Shown here: piece after piece, positions 45,082 through 55,162 of the stretch
Layout of the letters: every line of letters starts with the position of its first letter
Numbering within the stretch: the first letter of the stretch is position 1
From: a virus
IMG/VR virus record: IMGVR_UViG_3300027769_001114
Location: 1 to 64,000 of that record
Strand: one strand, 5' to 3'
Length of the DNA stretch: 64,000 nt
Translations under genes and position numbers: made by a program
The notes under the pieces: generated by a model
Database searches by the model: none
What the model was told of the DNA's origin: nothing
Seen by the model: only the letters and a program-made list of their open reading frames with translations

Positions 45082-48000
45082 TTGAGCATGATCCCTGGAG
45101 GCGCAGACGCATCCGTAAGTATCAAGGTTGACGTCGACGACGCTGGCGCACAGGCGAGGATCGCCGCTCTTGAGACACGCCTCAAGGCACTTGAGAAGCA
45201 GTTCAGTGGCACGGGCAAGGGTGCCCAAAACTACGGCAAGCAACTTGACGATGTCTCCAAAAAAGCGGGGAGCAGTGACAAGTCGCAGAAAAACCTAATG
45301 AAGTCGGGCCAGGCCTTGGGTCAAATGTTCGGCAGGCTCGGTAAGTTTGCCAAGTTTGCCGGCATTGAGCTTGCGGTTCTGACCGCCGGTCTTGGTGCAA
45401 TGAAACTTGCTCTCTGGGCCGGACAGACCGCAATGAAGGGATTCCATGCTCTGTTGCGTGCTACCGGTGCCGCCGCCGGTGTCGCCGTAGGTGCGATAGC
45501 GACGGTTCTGGCCGCCCTAAGGGAGGTGCAGTCCGTCAAACTTGCGCCAATCCTCGGAGGGATTGGTAACGCCAAGACTCAGACCAACGCCTTCTTTGCC
45601 GATAGGCGTTTCGCCATGTTTGATCAGAAGACTATGGCGAGCATCATGCAGTCGGCTGCCGAGCAGGGTCAAGTCATTGACGCTACTTTCCGTAATCAAC
45701 TCGCCAACCTTGCTAACTATTCGCTTGGCGATCCTAAAAAACTTGCAGAGATGCAGAAGACCTTTCAGCAAATACAAAAAGACGGCAAGGTCACTGCTCA
45801 GACTTATGCCCAACTTCAGACATCGTCGCCTGCGTTGGCTAAGGCGTTTGATGAGATGGCTGGCGGAACAAAGAAGGGCGAGGCGGCAGCGAAGTCTGGC
45901 GCAGTCACCTACAAGAAGTTCTTTGACGCAGTTCAAGAAGGCAAACTGAAAGCACTTGAGCCTTTCCAGGGTGCGCTTGAGAACATCAACGACACCTTGA
46001 TGGCTAGGTTCAAGGGTTCGGTAATGGGTGTCAAGGAGCAACTCACCAGGATGGGCGAACCGTTACTCCAAGGGTTCAAGAGACCACTCACGATCATTGA
46101 ACGTGAGATCAGTCTGTTCATCCTAAAGATCAACGGCACTGTCGGCAAAGTGTTCCCAACATTGTTTGATGTAAAGGACAACAACAATAACTCGATTACG
46201 AGAATGTTTGACAAACTTGCCAGCTCCATCAACACAAACATGGGCAAGATTTCTGGATGGATTACATCATTCCAGAGTTGGGGACGTTCTGTGCGGAGTT
46301 GGTTTGGCGACACCGGGGACATGCTTGCAAAGTTCTCCAGAGGGTGGGACAAGCTTTACAACAAGATCCTCAAGCCGATCGGCGTTGAGGTAGTCAAGAC
46401 GCTTGGTCACTTATTTGAGCAGTTCAATAAGACCATTGACTCGGCCCCGCTCAACTCATTTGAGACGGCGATCGGCAACATTGGAGAGATCATCCGAAAC
46501 CTAATCACTGGTTTTGCCCAACTCAAAGTCGTCATGGCTCCCATAGTCACGTCGTTCCTAAGTATTGCGTCGGCAATCTCAAAGATCACCAGCATCCCCG
46601 GACTACAGACGATCCTCCCCTTGCTCCTCATGGGCAAGCTTATGGGCGGCAGGGGCAAAGTTCTAAACACGCAGACCGACGCCGCTGGCAATGTGATTGG
46701 GCGGACATTGAAGGGTGGCGGCGGCATGGGCGGCGTGGGAATGGGCGCTTCCATGTTCATGGCCGGCGGTATGGGTGGCGGTGGAATACTCGGCTCGTTG
46801 ATGATGCCACTGATGATGGGCATGTCTGGCTTTGGCATGAATACCAGGGCCGGTGCGGCGAGTGCTGGCAACTATGCGTCAAACCGTGCCATCGGTGCGG
46901 GGAGGATACCATCGGCACTACTTTCTAGTGGTTTAGGTTTCGGCCTTGCTCAGAACTTGCGTGGCGGAATGGGTGTCAGGGACTCTATGCACTTGGCGGG
47001 TTCAGGTGCAAGAGGTGCAATGACTGATGGCTTCACCAACAGGAAGGGTGACATCATTCAGGGATCTGTCGCTACTACGCGGCAGGCAAGGATTGACGCT
47101 CTGATGGCAAATAGGCAAGCCATGCTGGCCAGGACTAAGGGCGCAATGGGTCAGGAGACCTTTTCTGACTATGTAAAACGCAGTGGTTTTACCAAGAAAG
47201 GCAAGTCCTACTTTAATCAGTATGGTGCCAAGTTTACGCAGAGCGAGATGGAATCACTGCACTCGAGGGAAAATGCCGTAGGTAGGAGGCAAGGCATCAA
47301 GTCCAATAGGGCGGGCAATGCTCAGCAGATTCGGGCCGAGAAACTTCAAGCAATAGCAACTGGCAAGGTACAGGGCAAGGAAGCGGGTAAGGCTTTCGTC
47401 AGGGATGCCGGGGCGAAGTTTGGCAAGGCGGCCGGTGCGATGGGCGCAACCATTGGCTTAACCATGATCGGTGGCATGATTCAGCAGAACGCCGGGACGA
47501 ACAAGACGATGGCTGGTCTTGGTGGTGCTATGTCTGGCGCAGGGATGGGCATGTCAATGGGAGCCGCTTTTGGTCCCGCAGGGATGGTCGCAGGTGCGCT
47601 TATAGGTGGAGGACTCGGTTTTCTTAGCGGCAGGAGTAACGCTCAGAAGCAGAAAGAGGCAAACGAAGATCAGGCGCGCAACTACGTTCAGGAGAATGTC
47701 TTCGGCAATAAGACTTTCAATAGGTCAGAGGACTTTGCTGCGGCGCGAGCAAATGTCGCCAGGTTGCAGCTGAATCTTGCCAAAGTTGGCGAGGGGCCAA
47801 ACAGCCTCACAGCACAGATTGCCGAGATTGGAGCTAGGGAAGCAGAGATCCCTCAATCAACTCGACTTGGTGTTGAGGCAAAGGCGCGGGCAAAGTTTGG
47901 GACAAGCGGCGACATCTATCAGAACTCCGCAGCAATGAAGTTCATGACCGAGGAAATCATGAAAATGGGCTCGTTCACCAACGACCAACTTGATGAGATG

Positions 48001-49599
48001 TTCGGTGATGACGGCGTAATCAGCAATCTTGAGGACATGGCTTACGCCACAGAGGGCGTGTATAAATACGGGATTGGTGAAGCTGAACAGAAACTCAAGG
48101 CAAGCCTAGAAGCAGAGAGAAAAGCACTCATTGACTCAATGGGTGACACTGACATCATGAGCGAAGAACTTGCAGCGTCACTGAGAGAAATCGCAGACCG
48201 AGAGAAGGTCTACGACGAGATGATCGGAAAGACGATGCACACCCTGGATGGAACGGGTGTCACCGCAAGTCAGGTTGCCTCTCTGTTTGACGAACTCGGT
48301 TACTCGATTGAGGAGACGAGTGTCGGCATACATGAGTTCAATACGTTGATTGGCATGACGGGCGATGTTGCTGCAGATATCGCCAACGGTGCCGGGAGAC
48401 TTGGTAGAACATTGCTCACTCAGACACAGAAGGACATGGCGGTCGCCGAGTCCAGGAGCAGGTTGCAACAGCAACTTGAGACGATGTTTGCGGTCAAGGG
48501 CAGTGTTGGCGCATCCGAAGGAACGAGGGTAGCCGGCGAGACACTCAACGAAGTCGTCGGCAATGCTATGTCCGAACTTGCGGCAGGAAACTATACCTTT
48601 GAGCAGATGCTCGGCAAGACTGGCGAGTCGGGCCTACTTCAGAATCAGTTGTACACACTCGTCATGAACAGTTTTAAGGGCAATGTGTCGCAGGATGTCA
48701 TTGACCAACTGGCCAGATCTATATTTGGCGATCCGAATAAGCCCGGTACTGGGATGTTGGCAGACCTAGAGAGGGCGAAGACCGACCCGTTTGCGAGGGC
48801 GCAGTACGACGCCGTGTTCAATCAGGGCTTTACCGGCAAGATTGACGAACTCACGAAGATCCTCGGTGGAAAGATCGCTGGTGGTGCTGACCCCGTCTCG
48901 GCACTCAACGAGGGCATGGTTGATCTTGAAAAGTATCTAACGGATCAAGGCATCAAACTCGACCCCGCTGCTGAGGAGAAACTCAAGAATATCCTCGGTA
49001 GTACATTGCTCAACACACCCACGGCGATGGCAGAGGCAATGCGGTCGGCGGGGGCAGACGTGGCCGCAATGATTAGGTCGGCAATGACCGGTGGACCAGA
49101 TCCAGCTTTATTTGAGCTAGATCCGACGAAAGACGTTCCTGGTGCGAACCCATATGCGATTGGCGACACGACGAGCAGTAGGTTTGCTCGCACTATGTCA
49201 TCGCACGCCAGCCTCAACTCCATGGTTCCTGGCAAACGCACCGTTACCTCTGGCGTCAGGAACACGATGCTCGGCTCGATGGGTTCTGACCATGCAACGG
49301 GCGCAGCTTACGATCTCGTCGGCGATAATCTTGTCTCCTACGCCAACAATGTCAAGACGGCCGGTGGCTTTGCCGAGTTCCATGGTGGCACGGCGGACAA
49401 GCATCTGCATGTCGTGCCACCCGTCGGTGACACAACCTCCTCCCGTTCAGTCGGCTACGCTTCGGGCGGTTCGGGTAGTTCAATCAACAACTACAACTTT
49501 GAGATAAACGGTGGCGACGGGGCCAACGCACAGGAGATCGCTGACGCAGTCATGGATAGGATCGCTAGGGCTGAGAGAAATAGGAGGGAGAGGTCATGA
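45082..49599 (+). CDS. tape measure protein with a C-terminal M15/DD-peptidase-like domain
   Basis: 1505 aa, A/G/M-rich and helical; VTSGVR..SDHATGAAYD..HLHV. Confidence 0.9.
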   Translation: MSMIPGGADASVSIKVDVDDAGAQARIAALETRLKALEKQFSGTGKGAQNYGKQLDDVSKKAGSSDKSQKNLMKSGQALGQMFGRLGKFAKFAGIELAVLTAGLGAMKLALWAGQTAMKGFHALLRATGAAAGVAVGAIATVLAALREVQSVKLAPILGGIGNAKTQTNAFFADRRFAMFDQKTMASIMQSAAEQGQVIDATFRNQLANLANYSLGDPKKLAEMQKTFQQIQKDGKVTAQTYAQLQTSSPALAKAFDEMAGGTKKGEAAAKSGAVTYKKFFDAVQEGKLKALEPFQGALENINDTLMARFKGSVMGVKEQLTRMGEPLLQGFKRPLTIIEREISLFILKINGTVGKVFPTLFDVKDNNNNSITRMFDKLASSINTNMGKISGWITSFQSWGRSVRSWFGDTGDMLAKFSRGWDKLYNKILKPIGVEVVKTLGHLFEQFNKTIDSAPLNSFETAIGNIGEIIRNLITGFAQLKVVMAPIVTSFLSIASAISKITSIPGLQTILPLLLMGKLMGGRGKVLNTQTDAAGNVIGRTLKGGGGMGGVGMGASMFMAGGMGGGGILGSLMMPLMMGMSGFGMNTRAGAASAGNYASNRAIGAGRIPSALLSSGLGFGLAQNLRGGMGVRDSMHLAGSGARGAMTDGFTNRKGDIIQGSVATTRQARIDALMANRQAMLARTKGAMGQETFSDYVKRSGFTKKGKSYFNQYGAKFTQSEMESLHSRENAVGRRQGIKSNRAGNAQQIRAEKLQAIATGKVQGKEAGKAFVRDAGAKFGKAAGAMGATIGLTMIGGMIQQNAGTNKTMAGLGGAMSGAGMGMSMGAAFGPAGMVAGALIGGGLGFLSGRSNAQKQKEANEDQARNYVQENVFGNKTFNRSEDFAAARANVARLQLNLAKVGEGPNSLTAQIAEIGAREAEIPQSTRLGVEAKARAKFGTSGDIYQNSAAMKFMTEEIMKMGSFTNDQLDEMFGDDGVISNLEDMAYATEGVYKYGIGEAEQKLKASLEAERKALIDSMGDTDIMSEELAASLREIADREKVYDEMIGKTMHTLDGTGVTASQVASLFDELGYSIEETSVGIHEFNTLIGMTGDVAADIANGAGRLGRTLLTQTQKDMAVAESRSRLQQQLETMFAVKGSVGASEGTRVAGETLNEVVGNAMSELAAGNYTFEQMLGKTGESGLLQNQLYTLVMNSFKGNVSQDVIDQLARSIFGDPNKPGTGMLADLERAKTDPFARAQYDAVFNQGFTGKIDELTKILGGKIAGGADPVSALNEGMVDLEKYLTDQGIKLDPAAEEKLKNILGSTLLNTPTAMAEAMRSAGADVAAMIRSAMTGGPDPALFELDPTKDVPGANPYAIGDTTSSRFARTMSSHASLNSMVPGKRTVTSGVRNTMLGSMGSDHATGAAYDLVGDNLVSYANNVKTAGGFAEFHGGTADKHLHVVPPVGDTTSSRSVGYASGGSGSSINNYNFEINGGDGANAQEIADAVMDRIARAERNRRERS

Positions 49600-50450
49600 G
49601 TGCCGTACTACCCCCATTGTCTTACTTTCAGATCCGCAGACCTTCACTCGGGACTCAACCGCCTTTAGGCGTTAGGACTCAGGCGACGGCAAGAACCGTA
49701 TCTAGTTCTGCGTCAATCGCCGAACTCCGAAGGCGTACTGCTCAGTCAAATCGAAGAACCACTATGCCCGTATTGTCTGGCTGGACCGCAAATGGCACGC
49801 GGAACATAGCCGCACAATCAGCACCTGCCATTACGGTACTACCTGATGCCAAGAAACTGAAGTTGACGTCCTTTGCCACGGTGTCCGCAACGAGCACCGA
49901 GAGGATTTCGTATTCTTTCGTCATCTCCCCAAATGAGGTATCAACCAACAGGGTTGGCCTCAACTACAGCGAAATCGCTCGCCCCGGCAGGAAATCCCTA
50001 CTTAGGGTCTCGTCCATCAACCTTCAGCAACTGACGATCACGGTCATGGTGATCAACAACGACAGGACATATAAGTCATCTGCGCAGTCGCAGATCAACG
50101 CGCTTGAGGGTCTCGCCAACCTTGACTACGATGTTTCGATCTTCTATTCAGGAGTTGACCCCGCCAAAAGGTGGAGAATAACTGATGTTCGTTTCAAGGC
50201 CATGCGTAGGAACGCCGACAACGAAATAACCATTGCCGAGGCTGACATTACTTTTACGGAAGTTATGGCTACTCCAGCCGTCGTTCCTGGTATGCCAAAG
50301 ATCAAAGATGTACCCTCGTCAAGAAACAGTCCAACGAATCCTGGCGCAACAGATTCAACACAACGTGGTGGCGACGAGGAACTCATCAACCAGATCCTGC
50401 TTGCTGGACCAACACCGAACAACCCTGGCACATCTGGCGGAGGAACGTAG
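49596..50450 (+). CDS. baseplate/tube-initiator-like protein
   Basis: YSEIARPGRK..WRITD..ADITFTE; follows the tape measure gene. Confidence 0.65.
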   Translation: MSAVLPPLSYFQIRRPSLGTQPPLGVRTQATARTVSSSASIAELRRRTAQSNRRTTMPVLSGWTANGTRNIAAQSAPAITVLPDAKKLKLTSFATVSATSTERISYSFVISPNEVSTNRVGLNYSEIARPGRKSLLRVSSINLQQLTITVMVINNDRTYKSSAQSQINALEGLANLDYDVSIFYSGVDPAKRWRITDVRFKAMRRNADNEITIAEADITFTEVMATPAVVPGMPKIKDVPSSRNSPTNPGATDSTQRGGDEELINQILLAGPTPNNPGTSGGGT

Positions 50451-50452
50451 TC

Positions 50453-51940
50453 GTGGCGATAACCGGAGTTCTCCTCGGAGACCTCGGCGAGCCAGGTGTC
50501 GTCGTCTCGAAGTCCAGGAAGGACGACATCGTCGTTCTAACCTCACAGGCATCACACAACCTCTCCATTGGTGACGGCATTGTCGTCTCGGGGCTTGGTG
50601 CGGGGTGGGATGGAACATTCGTCGTCGTTGCCGTGGCGTTCGGCGTCCTGTTCTCCTATAAGTCCGCAGGAGCAGATATTTCTCCAGTTGCGGCCACTGG
50701 GAAATATCAGAAGTCAGACGGCCCCACCGCCGATATATCCGAGATCATTACAAGTATGAGCGTGAGCCTCACGGCCGCAGAGATTAGTCAAGTGTCAATC
50801 ACCATTGCCGATCCGGGTCTTGTCTACATGAACGCCGATTACTTTCAACTTAGGCAGAAGATCAAATGCCTCGGCGAAATCTTTGAGATATCCGTTATTG
50901 AGGTATCGCAGAGTTCAGCAGGCGAGTCGGTGACTCTTGATTGCAGACTAACTGGGATACAGCAGTTGAGGAGAGATAAGGGTTCTGCCGTTTTCACGGC
51001 TGGTTCGGCAACATCTTTCTGCTCCGAACGAGCAAGACTCGTTGGACTTGACTTCTTCGGCGAGAGCACGGCAGCCAAGTCGTCCATCTCCCGTATCAGG
51101 AACGACACGACCGACGAGTCAACATGGGACGTCATCAAGAGGCTCGCGGGGGACAACCAGTTCATGGCGTTCGAGACAGGCGGAAGGCTCTTCTTCACCT
51201 CGCAACAGTTCTTGCTTGGCAAGTACGCAATATCCGACGCATCGGCCACGCCGGGCTTCTTGACTACGGTCGTCAGGTGGACGCCTAGATACGGGACGCA
51301 AGTACTGAACGACGCCGCCTCAACATCGGTCGCCGCACTCACATCGCCAAAGATTGACAGCCCTCCGGGAAGGCCCGTCCTCAAGAAGTCGTCCAAGGAT
51401 ACGGCACATGTCAAGTATCTTCAGGAAGTTCTCAGGCAGAGGGCAGGAAACCCCACGCTCGTGGTGGACGGGATATTTGGTAATAAGACATACAACGCCG
51501 TCGTTGGGTTGCAACGTTTCTTCAAGATCAGTGTTGACGGTATTGTTGGCGCACAGACATGGCCAATCGTTGACTTCCTCGCCTCTGGCTACAAGGGTGC
51601 GGATTCAGGTAGGAACTATGTCATTGAGCCTCTTGAGTGCCCAACGGTTCGCAGGTCAGACGACACCTATGAAGAGATGACGGCTCAGTTCCGCGTAGAG
51701 AGGGAAGTCGGCAGACTACTCAGACCGGGGATGACCATCACGATGGAGGGGATACCAGGCTTTACCGCCAACCTGCTCGTGAGCGAAGTCTCATGGGAGG
51801 AGGGGACACCCGACCCCGTGTCCGTCTCCGCCATAACACCGAGCCTGCCCAACGAATACAAGAAGAGGCAGGAACTACTCGCCAAGATTGACCTTACTGG
51901 TGGCGGTTTCGTAAGTAGTACGGCAGGGAGTTTTGAGTGA
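50453..51940 (+). CDS. baseplate hub protein with an inserted peptidoglycan-binding domain
   Basis: ESTWDVIKRLA..FETGGRLFF; VKYLQ..VDGIFGNKT..VDGIVGAQTW. Confidence 0.8.
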   Translation: MAITGVLLGDLGEPGVVVSKSRKDDIVVLTSQASHNLSIGDGIVVSGLGAGWDGTFVVVAVAFGVLFSYKSAGADISPVAATGKYQKSDGPTADISEIITSMSVSLTAAEISQVSITIADPGLVYMNADYFQLRQKIKCLGEIFEISVIEVSQSSAGESVTLDCRLTGIQQLRRDKGSAVFTAGSATSFCSERARLVGLDFFGESTAAKSSISRIRNDTTDESTWDVIKRLAGDNQFMAFETGGRLFFTSQQFLLGKYAISDASATPGFLTTVVRWTPRYGTQVLNDAASTSVAALTSPKIDSPPGRPVLKKSSKDTAHVKYLQEVLRQRAGNPTLVVDGIFGNKTYNAVVGLQRFFKISVDGIVGAQTWPIVDFLASGYKGADSGRNYVIEPLECPTVRRSDDTYEEMTAQFRVEREVGRLLRPGMTITMEGIPGFTANLLVSEVSWEEGTPDPVSVSAITPSLPNEYKKRQELLAKIDLTGGGFVSSTAGSFE

Positions 51941-53088
51941 ACCGTTATACGACCCCACTTAAGAACGCGTCCGTAGCCTTTAATGCCATGGGCGTCTGGA
52001 ACGCAGTCGTCACCGGCGTACCCGACCACAGGCTCATGGTCAGAGTGCCAAGGCTTTCTGGCGACATGGAATACGGCCCGCTGTATGTCGTTGGCGAAAG
52101 TACCGACACATACTCTATTGGCGATCCTGTGATCGTCTCTTTCCTCGAAGGGAAACAAGACGAACTCATCGTCATTGGAAGGGCAAAACAGACCAACGAA
52201 CTCCCTGCTGTTATAGAGGGGCCACAAGGGGCGACTGGACCACAAGGTCCACAGGGAGCAACTGGTCCAGTTGCTGGATCAGCAAATCAGGTCGTCTACA
52301 AGGACGGCTCCAATGTGGCGTCTGGTAGTGCAAACCTCACATTTAACGGCACCGACCTTAGCCTCGGTGGGAGGCTCAATGTCAATGGCTCGTCAGGTGA
52401 CGAGGGTGGGGAGATAATACTAAGCAAGGCACAGACCAACACCACGCTTGTAGGTGCAGTGGCTGTTGATGTATTCCGGGACAAACTCAGGTTTTATGAG
52501 ACAGGCGGAACCAACCGTGGCTTCTATTTGGACGTATCTTCTGCTGGGGCCACCGCCTCAACGCAACTCGGTACGACATTCACCTACAAGGTCGGCGATA
52601 CTGGCCCAGGTGGGGGGATAATCTTCTTCGTTGATAGGTATGACGAGCACACAGGGTTTACCTACCTTGAGGTAGCTCCAGTCACTACTGAAGTACTAAG
52701 AACTTGGGCACCATCGTCTCCGGTGAACTATCAAAGTACTCTCGTTACGGGTGCGGACTCAATGGCTTTAGGCGCTGGCTATCAAAATACAATAGACATT
52801 GTTGCTCAAGGGCATACAAATACCGCAACTTCTGCCGCATATTATTGCGATCAGTTAACTTTTGGTGGTCAATCGGACTGGTATCTCGGAAGCGTTGCAG
52901 AGATGAAAATGGTTTATGACGTCGTTCATTTACGGTTGGGCGTTGGTGGTTTTTCGGCTGTCTCTTATTGGAGTTCTTCTGAGAGTGTCGCCACCTCTGC
53001 ATGGACTCAGACTTTCTTCTCTGGCTCTCAGTCCGCAGCCGCTAAGACCAACTCCTACTCTGTCCGTCCAGTGCGGAGATTCTCGTGA
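51937..53088 (+). CDS. baseplate spike (OB-fold N-terminus) with a short collagen segment and a C-terminal DUF1566/CLec-fold domain
   Basis: VRVPRL..GDPVIVSFLEG..IVIG; YKVGDTGPGGGIIF..DWYL.S..EM..YWSSSE..AW..VRPVRRF. Confidence 0.82.
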   Translation: MNRYTTPLKNASVAFNAMGVWNAVVTGVPDHRLMVRVPRLSGDMEYGPLYVVGESTDTYSIGDPVIVSFLEGKQDELIVIGRAKQTNELPAVIEGPQGATGPQGPQGATGPVAGSANQVVYKDGSNVASGSANLTFNGTDLSLGGRLNVNGSSGDEGGEIILSKAQTNTTLVGAVAVDVFRDKLRFYETGGTNRGFYLDVSSAGATASTQLGTTFTYKVGDTGPGGGIIFFVDRYDEHTGFTYLEVAPVTTEVLRTWAPSSPVNYQSTLVTGADSMALGAGYQNTIDIVAQGHTNTATSAAYYCDQLTFGGQSDWYLGSVAEMKMVYDVVHLRLGVGGFSAVSYWSSSESVATSAWTQTFFSGSQSAAAKTNSYSVRPVRRFS

Positions 53089-53125
53089 GATCCGCCGACC
53101 TACGCCCCTTGTGGCAGAATGGCAA

Positions 53126-53473
53126 GTGATGGAACTACTCTCAATACCGTTCAGGATTGGCGACGACGGCCGGCCAGAGAGGATCTGGCAGGGCTCGGAG
53201 GCGCACGCCCATCAACAGGCATTGCAGTTCGTGTCCACCAAGCCAGGCGAACTACCCATGTCCCCCCTCTACGGCATTGACGACCCTTCCTTCAGGAGTA
53301 TTGACGCAGCGGAAGTTGTAGTCGGCATGGCCACCTACCACCCTGAGGTGACCGTGCAGTCGGTATTCGTGTACGGCGATCCGTCTGGCAAGTCAGAGGT
53401 CGTAGTAGAAGTCATCCCCGCTACCGCAACAGTGGCAGTAAACACAGAACGGAGCGTTGTCCTAAATGCCTAG
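53126..53473 (+). CDS. gp25/GpW-like baseplate wedge protein
   Basis: LSIPFR..TKPGELPMSPLYG; start GTG 53126 or ATG 53129. Confidence 0.8.
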   Translation: MMELLSIPFRIGDDGRPERIWQGSEAHAHQQALQFVSTKPGELPMSPLYGIDDPSFRSIDAAEVVVGMATYHPEVTVQSVFVYGDPSGKSEVVVEVIPATATVAVNTERSVVLNA

Positions 53474-55160
53474 TCCCGACATTAGACAGTTCGTCGACCT
53501 AACCCTCTACGACCTCGAAAGTCAGTCAATCTACCTCAGGGCTCTTGACTACATGAAGGTCGTGTTCCCAGAGTTTCAGCCGACCGAGGGTTCTCTTGAG
53601 TCCGTCATCCTTCAGTCCATGGCACTCGAAGTGGCGAACCTCGTCACATCCATCAACAGGCTGCCCGGTGGCGTCGTACAAGTTCTCCTAAGGCTCTTTG
53701 ACGTACAGAGAAGCGAAGGTGTCCCCCCGACGGCGGTTATTGAACTCAGAGGGTCAACGAGTTCTTCCTACACAATCCCAGCAGGAACAAGACTCTTCTA
53801 TCAGTCAACATTGAACTCCACACCATTGGTGCTCGTCACCGACTCGATTGTCCAACTGACGCACGCCAAGTCCGTCAGTAGCATTGCCGTCGTCACCAAT
53901 GTCGCTACGGTAACAACATCCGACTACCACGGTTTTTCCATCGGCGAGACAGTGACATTGGCCGGTTTTACCGATACTGACTTCAATGATCCGTTTGAGA
54001 TCATTTCCGTGGGCGATAAGACATTCACTTTCGCCATCGTCAAAACCGACACTACGGAGACACCAACGGCCGCAACGGCCACACCGCCAACGACCCACCC
54101 AGCAACGGGTTATGTCATCGCTACCGGCACGTTCATTACGGATGGTTTCAACGGGCTACCTACCGGTACGAGGCTTGACCTCCTGTCTGTAGTCCCGCAA
54201 GTTGCTTCCGCTTATTTGGCTACGGCAGTTACCGGCGGGTCAAATGCCGAGGATGACCTCACTTATTTTGAGAGGGCATCGGCAAACTTGGCAAGAGTCA
54301 ACGACTCGCTAGTTACTGCCGACAACTACACGCAGTGGGTTACCAACTCCAATACCTTCACTGAGGTCTACAGGGCAACAACTCTTGACGGTGTCAGTTT
54401 TGCCAGGCAGTCGTCAGTCGGTTGTGTGACATTGGTTGTTGCTCCGATTGACGTCAACTCAACCAACTTATTCTCAGGAGTTGGCAATGGCTCTACCTTG
54501 CAGAGTTCCGTCGACTGGGGAACAAAGGACGAAATACAACTTGCTGCGGAGTCAATCTCACATCCGTTATCAACAGTTGCGGTCGTAGACCCGTTCCTTA
54601 TCACCGTCTCCTGCGCCGTATCTGCGTCGCCGTATGGCACGACGAACGGTACAGAGATGTCGGCAGCGATTACCTCGGCGTTGCAGTCGCTCATCAACCC
54701 AAATACTTGGCCATGGGACGTGACATTGAGGAAGAATGATGTCATTTCGGCATCTTCAACCGCAGTAAATACGGACGGCGAGAGGGCAGTTACATATGTC
54801 TCGGCAGTCACCCTCTCCATAACTGACGCCAAGATTCCTTCTTCCGGGGCCAAAACGACGCCACCCTTCACGACAACGTACAGTTCGCCGAACCGCACAT
54901 TGACTACCACCCCCGCCCACGGAATGAGTTCCGCAAACACCAACTATGTTTCAATCTATGATGGAACAACATGGTGGCTGACGACGGTCACTGTCGGATC
55001 AACGACTCAGTTCACATTCAACACCACCGGCAATATTGGGGCAGCCGTCCCAACCGATTGGGCGTTCGTTGGCTACATTGACGGCACTACGGGCGATCTT
55101 GTTTTCGCCGATCAGGCACCACTTGTCATATCCGGCGATCACACCATTACGGTGGTCTAG
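53466..55160 (+). CDS. baseplate J-like wedge protein
   Basis: TIPAGTR..GFNG..TGGSNAEDD..VTADNY. Confidence 0.85.
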   Translation: MPSPDIRQFVDLTLYDLESQSIYLRALDYMKVVFPEFQPTEGSLESVILQSMALEVANLVTSINRLPGGVVQVLLRLFDVQRSEGVPPTAVIELRGSTSSSYTIPAGTRLFYQSTLNSTPLVLVTDSIVQLTHAKSVSSIAVVTNVATVTTSDYHGFSIGETVTLAGFTDTDFNDPFEIISVGDKTFTFAIVKTDTTETPTAATATPPTTHPATGYVIATGTFITDGFNGLPTGTRLDLLSVVPQVASAYLATAVTGGSNAEDDLTYFERASANLARVNDSLVTADNYTQWVTNSNTFTEVYRATTLDGVSFARQSSVGCVTLVVAPIDVNSTNLFSGVGNGSTLQSSVDWGTKDEIQLAAESISHPLSTVAVVDPFLITVSCAVSASPYGTTNGTEMSAAITSALQSLINPNTWPWDVTLRKNDVISASSTAVNTDGERAVTYVSAVTLSITDAKIPSSGAKTTPPFTTTYSSPNRTLTTTPAHGMSSANTNYVSIYDGTTWWLTTVTVGSTTQFTFNTTGNIGAAVPTDWAFVGYIDGTTGDLVFADQAPLVISGDHTITVV

Positions 55161-55162
55161 TC

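Noticed and set aside
53089-53130. DGR cis hairpin, template repeat or reverse transcriptase near the variable region
   Set aside because: No convincing GC hairpin follows the stop, and no AAC-rich copy or RT motifs were found in the window.
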